In this document: piece by piece, positions 10,297-21,290 of the stretch
How positions within the stretch are numbered: the stretch's first letter is position 1
How the letters are laid out: every line of letters begins with the position of its first letter
Assembly: GCA_963719315.1 (NCBI GenBank)
Contig: CAVRBU010000002.1
Coordinates: forward strand, 1,728,001-1,792,000
DNA length: 64,000 nucleotides
DNA from: an uncultured Planctomycetota bacterium
Lineage (GTDB): Bacteria > Planctomycetota > Planctomycetia > Pirellulales > Lacipirellulaceae
Direction of reading: 5' to 3'
Position numbers and translations under genes: made by a program
The notes under the pieces: generated by a model
Databases searched by the model: none
Told to the model about the DNA's origin: nothing
The model's input: only the letters and a program-made list of their open reading frames with translations

Positions 10297-11286
10297 CTAG
10301 CGACTTGTCTTGCGGCGGCTCAAAAAGAGAACGGTTAACGCCAGCAGCAAATATGCGATCGCGCTCGGTTCTGGCACCGTCCCAGCTCCGTCGCCCACGA
10401 GGAATGAACCGGAACCTCCGGTAGCGCCAAAGTGGCTTCGCCATGCCGTATAGTCGCCGGCTCCAATAGAACCGTTGTTGTCGCCATCGGCCGGCAAGCC
10501 ACTGCCCGATTGATTCAGCGTATTCCGCCACACGACATAATCGGCCGCGTCCACGACGCCGTTCATGTTGTAATCGCCTGTTAGTGCCGGCGGCGTGAAC
10601 AGCCGGGCGAAGTTCGACGAGCGGGCCGTCGCAATTTGGCTGGCCGTGAGTTGTTGGCTCGTGCCCTGCGGGCTCATCAGGTTAGCTGTTTGGTTGGGTG
10701 TGTGGTCGAGCCCAAGGTTGTGCCCGATTTCATGAGCCATCACGCTGGCGATTACATCGAGACCGTTATCGAATGTAAGCAGGCTGTCGCCGACGTATCC
10801 CGTAATACCATTGCCGGAGATTCGGGCATAACCGGCGGAGGTGCTTTCGTTGAGTGGCATGAACGCTGGCACCACGTTCACCAGGATCAAGTTAAGCGTG
10901 AGGGAATCGGCATTGAGAATCCCGCCCGTGCTGGCAGCGTTCGCGAAGATCGTGTTCAAGTCGCCGCTCGGCCGAGTCCCACTGCCCGCGTTGCCCTGAT
11001 AGGCGAACGTGTTGTTGTAATGAGTGATGGTCGGCAGAACGTTGATATCAATGCCGGCTTGCGCCCAAATCGAATCAATGCCGGCCTCGATATCGGCCCG
11101 CTGTGTCGCGTTGCCAAAGACCGTGGCCGGCAACGTCCCGTTATTGAGCGCCGTTTGAATCAATTGCACCTTCACCTGGCGCGTTATCTGCTGCGGCGCG
11201 TCGACGATCAGCGTGGCCGAAAGCGAACCCGCCATCAGCACCACTGCCAAAGCAGCCGCAGTCACGCAAGCGATTCGGCAACGCAT
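10297..11286 (-). CDS. Secreted zinc metalloprotease (metzincin-like) with dockerin-like domain and PEP-CTERM
   Basis: HEIGHNLGLDH and Met-turn NLM; GDYNMNGVVDAADYVVWR; VPEP-TM-RRK. Confidence 0.88.
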   Translation of the reverse strand: MRCRIACVTAAALAVVLMAGSLSATLIVDAPQQITRQVKVQLIQTALNNGTLPATVFGNATQRADIEAGIDSIWAQAGIDINVLPTITHYNNTFAYQGNAGSGTRPSGDLNTIFANAASTGGILNADSLTLNLILVNVVPAFMPLNESTSAGYARISGNGITGYVGDSLLTFDNGLDVIASVMAHEIGHNLGLDHTPNQTANLMSPQGTSQQLTASQIATARSSNFARLFTPPALTGDYNMNGVVDAADYVVWRNTLNQSGSGLPADGDNNGSIGAGDYTAWRSHFGATGGSGSFLVGDGAGTVPEPSAIAYLLLALTVLFLSRRKTSR

Positions 11287-11368
11287 ATCTACCTCCCTGC
11301 CCTATCCGACGACAATGTAATGACTCGTCGGCAGGTGCAAACTCTATTCCGCCATGAGGAGTGACAAA

Positions 11369-11389
11369 TAGTCCGGGAGGGATCCGAAC
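11369..11389. repeat. Distal att site (duplicated tRNA 3' end)
   Basis: 20/21 identity to 51569-51589; the mismatch falls in the T-loop. Confidence 0.9.
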
Positions 11390-12091
11390 TAGATCAACAT
11401 TATAGCACTTCCGGTGACGAAAGGGCCTGCGCTGCACCAGCGCTGCAGTTCGGCGGCTTTTCGGATGATGACCAGGCCGCTGCCATCCTGAATGCTTGGC
11501 CGCGCCTGCCGGTCGAGGTAAAGGCGAAAATCATGCGAGTGGTCGAGGCGGCGTGCAAGCAGCTTGAGGAGGGGTGAGCGGCTGCGATTAAGATGAGGCC
11601 CCCACGTTGGAGCACAGGCGTTCAGCTAGCATTCTCCCTCCTGTCGAATGACAGGCGACACCCGTGGCCGCATTCTGTGGACGCGGTTCCACATTCGTTC
11701 GATTCGACTATCTTTGGGGAGCCGCTAATGAATGGGCATAATGGGCATACTGTTGTTGTACGGCCGCGTTGTCTCCGGTCCTGCCGCAAGCTACGGGGCG
11801 TTTTGTGTCGGGTTCAAGTGAGGTTGTGTGAGCTTCGTTGCTCCTGCGATCGTGCCATGCCGAGCCTGCAAAAGTGCAAATTGGCGCCCGGCACAAATTT
11901 GTGCCATGGCCTCTCACCCACGCCGCCCACATTCCGCTGATCGGCCGCTTTTCGTGCGGCGGTTGGCGACCGCCCTCCGGCTCGGCCGCGATCTGCTGTT
12001 GAATTGCTGCGCGAGAGTGTAAACTCTGGGCTACAGCTGTTCGTAGAGCGGCTGGCCCGGTCGCCGGGTGGCTGCTTCCAGCAACTTCCGC

Positions 12092-12568
12092 TATACCCTA
12101 CGCGGCCAGCAATGAGACATCTTCGAATCGCTGAAAGTTGAGCGTCATGAGGGATTTGAGGGGTTCGGCGTGGCGGGTTGCGAGGTCGGCGATTGTTTCT
12201 TGGATGGCGGCTTGAAACTCTTGAAATCCGGGATGGTAACGCCCATAGATGGCCCGCCGCTTGATGAACTTCCAAAGCCGTTCGATGAGGTTCAGGTTCG
12301 GCGAGTAGGAGGGCAGGAACAGCAGCGTGATTTCCAGTTGCGTCGCCAACGCTTGCACCGCGGCGTTACGTTGGTAGCGTGCGGCTCCGGATGAGACTCC
12401 CGCTCGGCCGCGACAATTCGCTGTTCCTCTTCCGTCAATCGGACTCGAAACCAAGCCATGACAGCCCTCCTTGCCAGCAACACGCCATCCTCCTCGATGG
12501 CGACATAAGGGCCTTGTACAACAAATCAGCTACTCGGGAACAGATCATTTATCCCCACGCAGGGTATA
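12092..12568 (-). mobile_element. Internally deleted IS630-family element
   Basis: Ends TATACCCTACGCGG / TATACCCTGCGTGG (inverted, TA-flanked); transposase N-terminus (MAWFRVRLTEEE) joined out of frame to its C-terminus (ARYQ...LPSYSPNLNLIERLWKF). Confidence 0.88.
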
Positions 12569-12953
12569 ACGCACCGTCGTTCTCACTTAGCTGTGAAGCT
12601 GCGTCCCGACGCTTGGTTGGCGATGCACCCCGCTGGTCGCCGCCGCTGGTCGACAAGATTCTGCGACACCGAGAAGCTATTTTTTGACGGGTACTCGGGA
12701 TTTTGAATGATGGCATGAGTTCTGAAATTGTCCTGCCCGAAAATTTGGAGGCCAAACGACTTACGGCGAAGAGTGCCGACAAAGGAACCATTTTCGGCAC
12801 ATCCCCGACGTCCCGAGAACTTGTCTCTACTCGCGGTCTAACACTGGGAGGTCGTTTCCGCCAAAGAAAGTCCTAACAGACCAATGTAACCTGGCATCTC
12901 CGCGAAATGGCTGATCGCGGAGGACGAAGTACCGCTGTCGAACCTTTGGTAGA

Positions 12954-13859
12954 ATGTCCTTGGGACTTGGGCGTCAGATGGCTAGATCATTGCTTTTTCT
13001 GTTGATTGCCTTCGGGGCGAGCTGGGCTCTTGCGTTCACGTACTTCGAGTTTTTTGGGACTGAGTACTCCTGGCGGTTCGCAGTCATGGGGACGCTTTAC
13101 ATGTTCGCCCCCGGTCTGGCCGCATGTGTCGTGCAGAAAGCGTACCGAGAGAGAGTAGCCGCGCCGCTCGGTGTAAGCTTCCGGATCAATCGTTGGTTCC
13201 TCATCGGATGGCTAACACCACCAGCCCTGGCGATAGCTGCAGTGGGTATGAGTTTGGTGATGCCCGGCGTCCACCTCACTCTCGACCCAGTTCACGCTAA
13301 TATCTTTGATTTCATCGATCAGAATTTCCCCGTGGAACAACAAGTGGAACTGCGGCATCGAGTCGCCGAGACGCCGCTCCATCCGTTTCTACTTGTATTG
13401 GTGGGCGGTATGCTTGCCGGTGCGAGCGTCAATGCGGTCGCAGGCTTCGGTGAAGAACTCGGCTGGAGAGGGTTTCTGCAACGCGAGTGGGCTTCGCTTG
13501 GCTTTTGGAAGTCATCCTGGCTGGTGGGCCTAGTATGGGGCCTGTGGCATATTCCGTTTCTGCTCCACGGTCATAACTACCCGGGGCATACGTATTCGGG
13601 CGTCCTTTTGATGACGGTCTGGACGGTGCTTTTCGCGCCGTTGATCGCGTACATTCGCCTTCGGGCGCGATCGGTTATTGCCGCGGCGGTGATGCATGGC
13701 ACGCTTAACGGTACCGCACTTGCGCCCGCGATGGTGCTGCAAGGAGGCGATACCCTAATCGTTGGCGTGATGGGCCTTGCCGGAATTATTGTGCTTGCGG
13801 GGCTCAACATTCGCCTGTATTGGTTGATGAAATGGGACCCGCAAGTGCAGTGGGCATGA
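12954..13859 (+). CDS. CPBP family intramembrane glutamic endopeptidase (CAAX/Abi)
   Basis: GEELGWRGF, WGLWH and MHGTLN motifs; multi-TM; start could be 12978. Confidence 0.92.
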   Translation: MSLGLGRQMARSLLFLLIAFGASWALAFTYFEFFGTEYSWRFAVMGTLYMFAPGLAACVVQKAYRERVAAPLGVSFRINRWFLIGWLTPPALAIAAVGMSLVMPGVHLTLDPVHANIFDFIDQNFPVEQQVELRHRVAETPLHPFLLVLVGGMLAGASVNAVAGFGEELGWRGFLQREWASLGFWKSSWLVGLVWGLWHIPFLLHGHNYPGHTYSGVLLMTVWTVLFAPLIAYIRLRARSVIAAAVMHGTLNGTALAPAMVLQGGDTLIVGVMGLAGIIVLAGLNIRLYWLMKWDPQVQWA

Positions 13860-13905
13860 CGAGCATTGCCGCAGCTGCGATGGAGGAGTTTCAAATATCG
13901 ACCCA

Positions 13906-14118
13906 ATGATGAATCAAAGTGAAAACAACGTTGGCTCAAGTACACCTGACCCGCATCGCGCGGCCATTTGTAATAGGGCGCTGATGTATGGGTTCGTTGT
14001 CAGCATCATCGGCCTTCCCATTGGGGTTGCACTCAGGCTCCCTGTCGTGTCGGGCCTCGCCATCCTCGGGATTGTCATCGGAGGTATCAAGATCGCTTTG
14101 AGGCGATCCGGCACGTGA
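13906..14118 (+). CDS. Small two-TM hypothetical protein
   Basis: 70 aa with two hydrophobic segments; GGAGGAG upstream. Confidence 0.5.
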   Translation: MMNQSENNVGSSTPDPHRAAICNRALMYGFVVSIIGLPIGVALRLPVVSGLAILGIVIGGIKIALRRSGT

Positions 14119-14248
14119 AGATACTGTCGAACAGAACCCCGGCGAGCTTGGTCACAGCCACGTTGCTCACCCGATGCCTCATCAAACCACCGTTTTGAAG
14201 TGCCCGCTAGCCACCCGGTGACATCCCGTAGCCAGAACGTTTGCGGAA

Positions 14249-15541
14249 TCAACTTACCGACAATATGAGCGCCGCAAATTGCGCGGTCGTCGCAGTGCCA
14301 CCCCGGTCGCTCATGCGCACGGCGCGGCGAGCAAAACGGAGCCACGGCGGGATCACGCAACCAATAGATAGTAATAAAAGTGACGCCGGCTCTGGTACGT
14401 TAGCGAATAGCTGTTCAAAAGCGCCGGGGCCGTTGTATTTTAGGTAGGCCTGCTTGAACAGCACAAAGTCACTGTGGTCGTTCACGCCGTCGCCGTTCAA
14501 GTCGGTCATCCCCGGTGTGGGGGAGAGCATACCGGCCTTGTACAGCGGCCAATCCAGGTAGCTGACGAATCCATCGCCGTTGAGATCGCCGGTTACGATC
14601 CCAAAGGCCTCCCTGATCGGGGTCGCCGTGGCGGCGTTGCCGATATGCGTCAGTCCGTACATGTCTTCGACCGTCCGCAGTAGGCTATAAAGGTTGACGT
14701 TCTCGTCGTAGGAACCGGGCTTAATCAGCGTATCAGGCCCGACGAACAGAGTCGGGATCTGATTCGTCGGCGTCGAGCCATTGTCTTCGTCGAATGTAAG
14801 GATGAGCAGGCTGTTGTGCCCGAGCGCCCATTGCACGTAGCTGTCGATGTTGTTTTGCAGCCAGGTGTCGCCGTCGCGCACGGGGTTGGCTGGCCCTTGG
14901 TGCATCGTATACTCTTCCGTCGGGTGGACCCACGATACCGTCGGCAGCAGATTGAAATCGGCGCTCGGGTAATCGGTGAACGGACGATGGACAGAGATTG
15001 GTAGCGTGTTGTGGTTCACCGGATCGGGATTGGTGTCGGTCATCCAGTTCGCCTGCGGGTTCTCGTCGCGGTAGTACGTGCCCACCGCGGTAGTAATCGT
15101 GTACTTATCCCATCCCACGTAGGGCAACCCCTCTGCAAAGGCGGTGAAGGTTTTTCCGGCGGCCAGCAACTGCGCGCCGAGGTTCGGCGTTATAAGTGGC
15201 TGGTACGGGATGCCATTGGCCGGGTCCGCATAGGGCGTGATCGGGTCGTTGCTGAAGCAACCGTTGCTTTCGCCGGAGAAGAAGTGGATGTAGTTCGGCT
15301 GACTCGGGTGGGTGATGGCGTGCATATTGGTTAAGTTGGCCGCATGAGGCAGCAGCGAGTTGATGTACGGCGCGTTGCTGGAGCCGATGATCCCGGAATA
15401 GGGTTGGTTCTCCAGCATGATGATCATCGTGTGATCCGGCTGAGGAACCACTGCCGCCACCGCCGACGAGGCGCCCCAGATCCCAATCACCGCCCCGAGT
15501 ACGATACACGCCAAGCGCAGCGGACTGGTGTGCATTTTCAT
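14249..15541 (-). CDS. Phosphoesterase (acid phosphatase/phospholipase C-like) with dockerin-like domain and PEP-CTERM
   Basis: IMLENQ, THPSQPNY, MH, GDTWL, TFDED, YSLLRTVEDMYGL; GDLNGDG; VPEP-TM; start position uncertain. Confidence 0.88.
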   Translation of the reverse strand: MKMHTSPLRLACIVLGAVIGIWGASSAVAAVVPQPDHTMIIMLENQPYSGIIGSSNAPYINSLLPHAANLTNMHAITHPSQPNYIHFFSGESNGCFSNDPITPYADPANGIPYQPLITPNLGAQLLAAGKTFTAFAEGLPYVGWDKYTITTAVGTYYRDENPQANWMTDTNPDPVNHNTLPISVHRPFTDYPSADFNLLPTVSWVHPTEEYTMHQGPANPVRDGDTWLQNNIDSYVQWALGHNSLLILTFDEDNGSTPTNQIPTLFVGPDTLIKPGSYDENVNLYSLLRTVEDMYGLTHIGNAATATPIREAFGIVTGDLNGDGFVSYLDWPLYKAGMLSPTPGMTDLNGDGVNDHSDFVLFKQAYLKYNGPGAFEQLFANVPEPASLLLLSIGCVIPPWLRFARRAVRMSDRGGTATTAQFAALILSVS

Positions 15542-16037
15542 TGCTAAATCCTCGACACCGACATTTCCCATTTGGGGATCGCTTGGTACCGATCCAGGCT
15601 CGCAATGTTCACCATTGTAACAAAGCCCCCTGCGGTAGTACGTACGGCATTATTCTGCACTTTGTACCGGAGGCCCGGTTTCCTGGGGTGCCCGCGACCG
15701 GAACCATGCCCGGGCAACATGGTTTGCATAGGTTTGGCGAGAGGAATCCACCGCTCGATTAGCGACCGATTCTGAAACGACCGACAATTCTCATTTACTC
15801 AACCGGTTTTTGGATCGCCGGAGCCCGCCAATCGGCGGATGCTGGCCAGCTGGCTGCCTTCCGGCCGCATCGAGGACTCTGGAGCGTTTGACGCCGTACG
15901 TAGCATGTATCAGATTACTGGTGTCTAGAGTCGGCCGGACCCAGATCTGCCGTGTATCAAGCAGAACGGCCGCCTGAGGTCATGTGCTTGTTGATGCGGG
16001 TAAATTGCTGCGCCCTCGAACGATCAACATAGTGGTC

Positions 16038-17279
16038 CTAGTGGTCTGTCTCGATTTAGTTGACGGGTGCTAGTACGGGATAAAGTCGTTTAATCTTGAT
16101 CCTGGCATCGGCGGCGGTGAATTGCCAGTCGACGCGGACTGGTTGTTGGTTGCGGGGGGGGTTGTTCCCATGCGTGAACTTCGCTCTCCAGGCGGGCTCG
16201 GGAATCGATCCGTTGGTCCAGGCACTGCCTTCCCAGCACGGACAATTCACATTCCGCCATGTTCAGCCAACTGGCGTGCTTGGGGGTGTGATGCACTTCA
16301 AACCGCTCCCACAACCGTCGCGCCTCGTCAGGCGGGAAGATCGCGTACAGCACGGACAGCTTGTGCGTATTCAGGTTGTCCATGACCAGCACGATCTTCT
16401 CCGCCGTCGGGTACTGCTCGTCGGCGATGTTGCGCAGCAGGTCGGCGAAATCCGCCTTCGCGCGACGTTCGGTGACCTTCACCCGGCGGCGGCCCGCCAA
16501 AGGTTCGCAGACCATGAACAGATTCGCTGTTCCCCGCCGTTCGTATTCGTAATCCTGTCGCGCCGGCTGCCCCGGCTCCATCGGCAGCGGCGGCGTGACG
16601 TTGGCCACCAATTGCTTGGTGGCTTCGTCGACGCACACGACTGGCCGTTGCTCGTCGTAGGGACGCTGATAGACCTCCAGAACGTCTTCCATCGCGGCAA
16701 CATAGTCCGCGTCATGCGGCTTAGGCAGAACCCACTGCTCTTTCAACCAGGGCTTAAGCTCGTTTTTTTCAGTGCGCTGCGCACGGCGTCCTTGCTGATC
16801 GACTCGACGATCTCCAGTTCGACCAACTTGTCGGCCAGCAGTCGCAAGGTCCAGCGGGCGCGTCCTTCCGGAGCCGGTCCGCAGGCCACGGCGATCAAGC
16901 GGGCCTCCTGTTGGCCGTCCAACTTTCGAGGGCGATGCCGGCTCTTAGGCTTCCATTCCAAGGCAACGTTCAGGCCCTGCTCGACGTACGCCTGTCGCAC
17001 GTCATGCACCAATCCCACGCTGACGTCCAACGCTTCGCAAATCTCCTGGTCGGTCCGACCCGACCCCGTGACGCCGGCGTCCGCCTTGAGCAGCACCTGG
17101 GCTCGGCGACGCTTGCCCGCCGCCACCTTGCCTCGTCCCACCACCGCCGCCAATTCCTCTCGCTCTTCCCCAGTCAACCGCACCACATACTTCGTGTTGT
17201 AGTTCATTTTCTCGCCTCCTGTGAAAAACCTGAAGACGTTATGCTATCCCCTAACTACTGAACAACGACAGACCACTAG
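16038..17279 (-). mobile_element. IS630-family element with two-ORF transposase
   Basis: Inverted ends CTAGTGGTCTGTC / GACAGACCACTAG; HTH ORF 16743-17207 and DDE ORF 16090-16746 joined by an A7 slippery site (16763-16769); an extra shift at the G8 run 16154-16161 alters the C-terminus. Confidence 0.92.
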
Positions 17280-17286
17280 TCAATCC

Positions 17287-18551
17287 ATGACGCCCATCCA
17301 TCGTTGTGTATGGTCCCGTTTCTTACTGGCTGTCGCCAGCGGCTCACTGTGGTTACTTCCCGATGAAGCCTGCGTTGCGGAATCGCAATTGCAACTACTG
17401 TTCACCTCGCAAGGCAAATCTGCGCGAATCAACGTCGATGGCAGCGGTCAACAATACTTCCATTTCTCGGTTCCCAATCAGGCCACGTGGCAACCGGGTC
17501 CCGTATTCCCGGATGGAAAACGGTTGATCTTTCTCAGTATGGAACCGCGCCGGGACGTCCCTGGTAAAACGTTCGAGGAATACTACACGCAGACACCTAC
17601 CCACCTGTGGGTCCACGATCTGGCGACTGGTGATTTACAGGGAATCTGCACGCAAGGACGATTGGCCGTATTCGTCACGCCGGCGCTGCTGCTAGGTGAC
17701 GAACGGCTGTTGATACAAGTTGTGCGAGACAAGGTCGGGCAGATCTACAATGTGCGAATGGATGGTTCGGATCGCGCGAGTTTACGCGTGCCGGCGAGGG
17801 CTTGCCGTACGGGTTGAGCTTGAGCCCGGATGGACAGCGAGTTGTGTTCCACCTAGCCAGCCCGACGGGATACCAAATCTGGACATCCGATGTAAATGGG
17901 AAGAAGCGTCAGCTTGTTGCCGCCGATCCAGACCATCTTTATTTCGGCACAAGCTGGTCGCCGGATGGCGCGTCAGTGCTATACGTTGACTGCCACTATC
18001 GCGAAGATCCAGGGCACGACTGGGCGGACGTCTGCATCGGTAAAGCAGATGGTTCGCAACACCGCGTTCTCACCACGGGCCGAGCCATGTGGTTCGCGGC
18101 GACGTACGGCAATCGCGAGACGCGCGGCAGTGGCTCGAACCTGCCAGCCTGGACGCGCGACGGAAAGATTCTCTTCCCGCGGCGACACCCCGACTCCAAA
18201 GTAGCATGGGAATACCAGCCTCAGAGGCCCGATGTGGACCATTTTAATCGCGACTACAAGCCTGAACTGTCTCGCGGAGGAACCGAGATCTGTCGGCTCG
18301 ACCCACGCAATGGATCGTGCGAACTGCTTACCCACAACGAACCGGGCGTCTGGGACTTTCGGGCCATTGAATCCCCCGACGGTCGGTGGATTGCCTTTTG
18401 CCGTGCTGTAGTGGGCGACGCACCGGCGCTCTGGGTCATGGAATCCGACGGTAGCGATCCGCGTCAACTAACCCGAGGGTGGCAGGACCGCGGCGCGGAC
18501 CACCCGCAATGGCTTTTGACTGGGCGCCCAGAGTCCGGAGACGGAGGTTAG
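17287..18551 (+). pseudogene. TolB-like (PD40 beta-propeller) secreted protein, frameshifted near 17775
   Basis: Two ORFs join as DGSD...REFTRAGEGLPYGLSLSPDG; WSPDG/ESPDG repeats; IS630 inserted just upstream of the ATG. Confidence 0.8.
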
Positions 18552-18997
18552 GGAGTTGAAAAGAGTCCTTTGCCGGTTCGTCTGAGTTAACCACCGTTTA
18601 GAAACGTAAGCGTTAGAAGCGGTGGGCAGCGTGGCGCCCGCACGGCGCCGGCGACCCGGATCGCCCTCGACGCCAGGCGTTCCAAAAGTCGTTGGCGCGA
18701 CCGCTGGTGGCACAGATTTTCCGTGCCGGGAACTCATACGTTATCTCAGATTGAGACGTGGTGCCGTTTTGGGCGCTGAAACGCGTCGGCAAAGGAACGT
18801 ATCTGACATGAGTACGGTCAGCGGCAATCGTGCGCCGCGGTGGGGCGTCCTTGAGCTTGAGATCTTGTGCGTAATGACGGGTTCGACCTTACGGAGTTAG
18901 CGATCGTTGCTTCGGGGCCTGTGGCATGCGGCAGGTGGGTTCCACCAATCACAGCATCGGCCGACCACCTGTAAAGTCGACTTCTCAAAAGACAGAT

Positions 18998-19027
18998 TTG
19001 ACAAAAGCAAGGCAAGAGGACTAGAGT
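18998..19027 (+). promoter_or_regulatory. Putative sigma70 promoter
   Basis: TTGACA-18 bp-TAGAGT upstream of the gene at 19111. Confidence 0.4.
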
Positions 19028-19110
19028 CTCTTTCCGCGCCGAAAAAAGTCTTGCTCCCCGAGTTTTTCCAAAGGTAGAAACCGATCGAAAGATTACCACC
19101 AGGAATTAGC

Positions 19111-20331
19111 ATGCACTCCACACGGCGACACTTCCTCGCTGGGCTCGGCGCTGGCGCGCTTGCTGCTGCAATGCCGTGGCGACTTGCCCAAGCAAAAGTT
19201 GCCTCGCATAAACCTATTCTACTTTTCAATTGTGACTTCAACTGGGTTCGAGGACCGGCGACTGAGAAACACCCACAGGGCGAGGTCCGCGCTTCGCTGC
19301 CGGACGATTGGTCTGAAGTCGACGCTCGTGAGTACTTTGATTGGCACCGCAGATTTGGAAACAACGTCACATACTGCCAAGCTTATTGTCATACCGGCTT
19401 TGCACTTTATCCCAGCAAACTTGGCCCCGTCGGCAAGGGCCACGCCGCGACCTTGTTCCCAACTCTCTATGAACTATCTCGCGGTGCGGGAATGCCGGTG
19501 TGGTCCTACTTCAACGTCAGCTATGACTTCTTCACGACCAAAGAGCACCCAGAGTGGATCATCCCGGGCACCGTGATCAAACCTCAGGGGCCCGGCGGCT
19601 TCATCGGGCCCGAAACACCGTACACTGGGGTACTGTGCGAGCGCATCCACGAGTTCTTGAAGCAGTACCCCGTCGACTGGCTGTTATTGGATTGGTTCAG
19701 CTACGGTCCGCTCAAACGCAACGGAATATCTGTCCGACCGGCAGAATTCGTCAAACAGCCGTTTCGGAGAATCATAGGTCGACCCATGCCGCAGCGCACC
19801 GACGATATCACGGTCGAGGAGAATCTAATCTACAAACGGACGGTTCTCGCCGAGCAGTTCCAAAAGTTGAAGTCCGTGGTCAAGGACACCAGCTCTGGAA
19901 CGAAGATCATCTTTAATGTGCCTTATTACGAACCCAAGGAGGATTTGTGGGTGGGTCACCCCATGATGATGGAAAGCGACGGTCTCTTTGCCGAATCATC
20001 GGACAACATAGTGGATTGGCTGCTTGAAGTGCGGCAACCTTTTCAGCGAGTCATGACGACCATTATTGGCCGCGACGGAGGCTTGTCCGATCCGAACACG
20101 TGGGAGAAGTGGTACCGGCGCGGCTGCGATTTTTTTGGCTACGCCTGGGCAACCCCGCCACGATTTGAACCCACCGCATATTACACGGAACAACTGGATA
20201 TTGCGCAAAGCATTCGCCACCATGTCGCTTGGTACGGCGCAGTGACGTCCATAACATTAGGAGAAAAGCGACTGTCATTAACTTCAAATGGCGATAGTCA
20301 GGTCTTGGGGTCCAGGGTTGTTCGTCTGTGA
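19111..20331 (+). CDS. Tat-exported glycoside-hydrolase-like protein (fucosidase/GHL6-like barrel)
   Basis: TRRHFL Tat signal; AYCHTGFALYPSKLG, EHPEW, YPVDWLLLDW; the true end may be 20245 if there is a frameshift at ~20204. Confidence 0.65.
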   Translation: MHSTRRHFLAGLGAGALAAAMPWRLAQAKVASHKPILLFNCDFNWVRGPATEKHPQGEVRASLPDDWSEVDAREYFDWHRRFGNNVTYCQAYCHTGFALYPSKLGPVGKGHAATLFPTLYELSRGAGMPVWSYFNVSYDFFTTKEHPEWIIPGTVIKPQGPGGFIGPETPYTGVLCERIHEFLKQYPVDWLLLDWFSYGPLKRNGISVRPAEFVKQPFRRIIGRPMPQRTDDITVEENLIYKRTVLAEQFQKLKSVVKDTSSGTKIIFNVPYYEPKEDLWVGHPMMMESDGLFAESSDNIVDWLLEVRQPFQRVMTTIIGRDGGLSDPNTWEKWYRRGCDFFGYAWATPPRFEPTAYYTEQLDIAQSIRHHVAWYGAVTSITLGEKRLSLTSNGDSQVLGSRVVRL

Positions 20332-20763
20332 TCGCAGACAGAAGCGCTTTCGTAATGACGTTGAACGTGTAGTGGACCAGGTGCTTCGCATTGCCAATCC
20401 CGTGAGCATCTTATTCGCCGCCGGTGTCAATAAGGCGGCGGTAATGCACACGGCGAGTCTCAAAACTCAATGGCGCGTGAAACGCGTCGACATAGGACCG
20501 TTTAACAACTCTGTCGAATCGCAGTTGCTGTGAGCCGGAGGACTTTCCGTAACTTTGCGTACTAAAAGCCGCAAGGTTTAGTCGCCGCGACCAATTGCTT
20601 ACGCCGAGAAGCCGTGGGCATCTGTGATTCGAGACTTACGGCAGTTGCCGAGTATTGTCATAATATTAGAGGTGCCGCACTTTTGGCGCTGCTGGTAAGC
20701 AACGGTCGTGGCGCCGACTTACGACCCCAAATGCTTTTTGACTTTTATTCCCAGGTGAGGGTT

Positions 20764-21273
20764 ATGGGAATCATCCCTGCTCTGCAGCTGAAAACGTCGG
20801 TCGTCCTCGCGATTTCTGTGGTGTGTTCGAACTCGGCGGCAATCGCCGCTGACATCGAGATGTCACTCCAGGTGAGATCCGCCACGCAGCGAGTAAGCAC
20901 CAAACACACCGAAGAGCAACCGTCGCCGACGAAGCCCCAGCCGTGGCCGGTGTTCACCAGCGAGGAACACGAAGACCTGTTGGTCTCCTGGAACGCGACG
21001 AACGTCAGCGAACACGATACGTTTCAGGACGTGTTGATTCATTGTGTGATCGTCGCGGAGTTGGAGCCGGGGCAGTCGACCACGCCCGGACTCAAAGACC
21101 CGGTGAAAGAGTCAGCGCTCACGATGGACTTCAAACCTGGCAGCAGCGCAAGCGAGACATTTTCATTGCAAATCGACCGGCCCGGTACCTACCTGGTGCG
21201 GGTGGAGACGCGGAGCATGCTCGACAAGCACGGCCACGAATATTTCGCGGCACTCAAACTGGTTCGCAAGTAG
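20764..21273 (+). CDS. Secreted hypothetical protein (tandem paralog 1)
   Basis: Signal peptide; shares TMDFKP...PGxYxxRVET...HExFxA with the next gene. Confidence 0.75.
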   Translation: MGIIPALQLKTSVVLAISVVCSNSAAIAADIEMSLQVRSATQRVSTKHTEEQPSPTKPQPWPVFTSEEHEDLLVSWNATNVSEHDTFQDVLIHCVIVAELEPGQSTTPGLKDPVKESALTMDFKPGSSASETFSLQIDRPGTYLVRVETRSMLDKHGHEYFAALKLVRK

Positions 21274-21290
21274 ACGCAGGGGAGCAGCAG

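Noticed and set aside
11990..12687. Possible backbone gene remnant interrupted by the IS630 derivative
   Set aside because: Resemblance to small mobile-element proteins is too weak and the frame cannot be reconstructed confidently
12954..13859. CPBP protease acting as sortase for the nearby PEP-CTERM proteins
   Set aside because: PEP-CTERM is processed by exosortases; nothing beyond proximity supports the link
16096..17202. 368-aa plus-strand ORF in the IS630 (likewise 47360-48379 and 22437-23096)
   Set aside because: Antisense to transposase genes, as expected in GC-rich DNA
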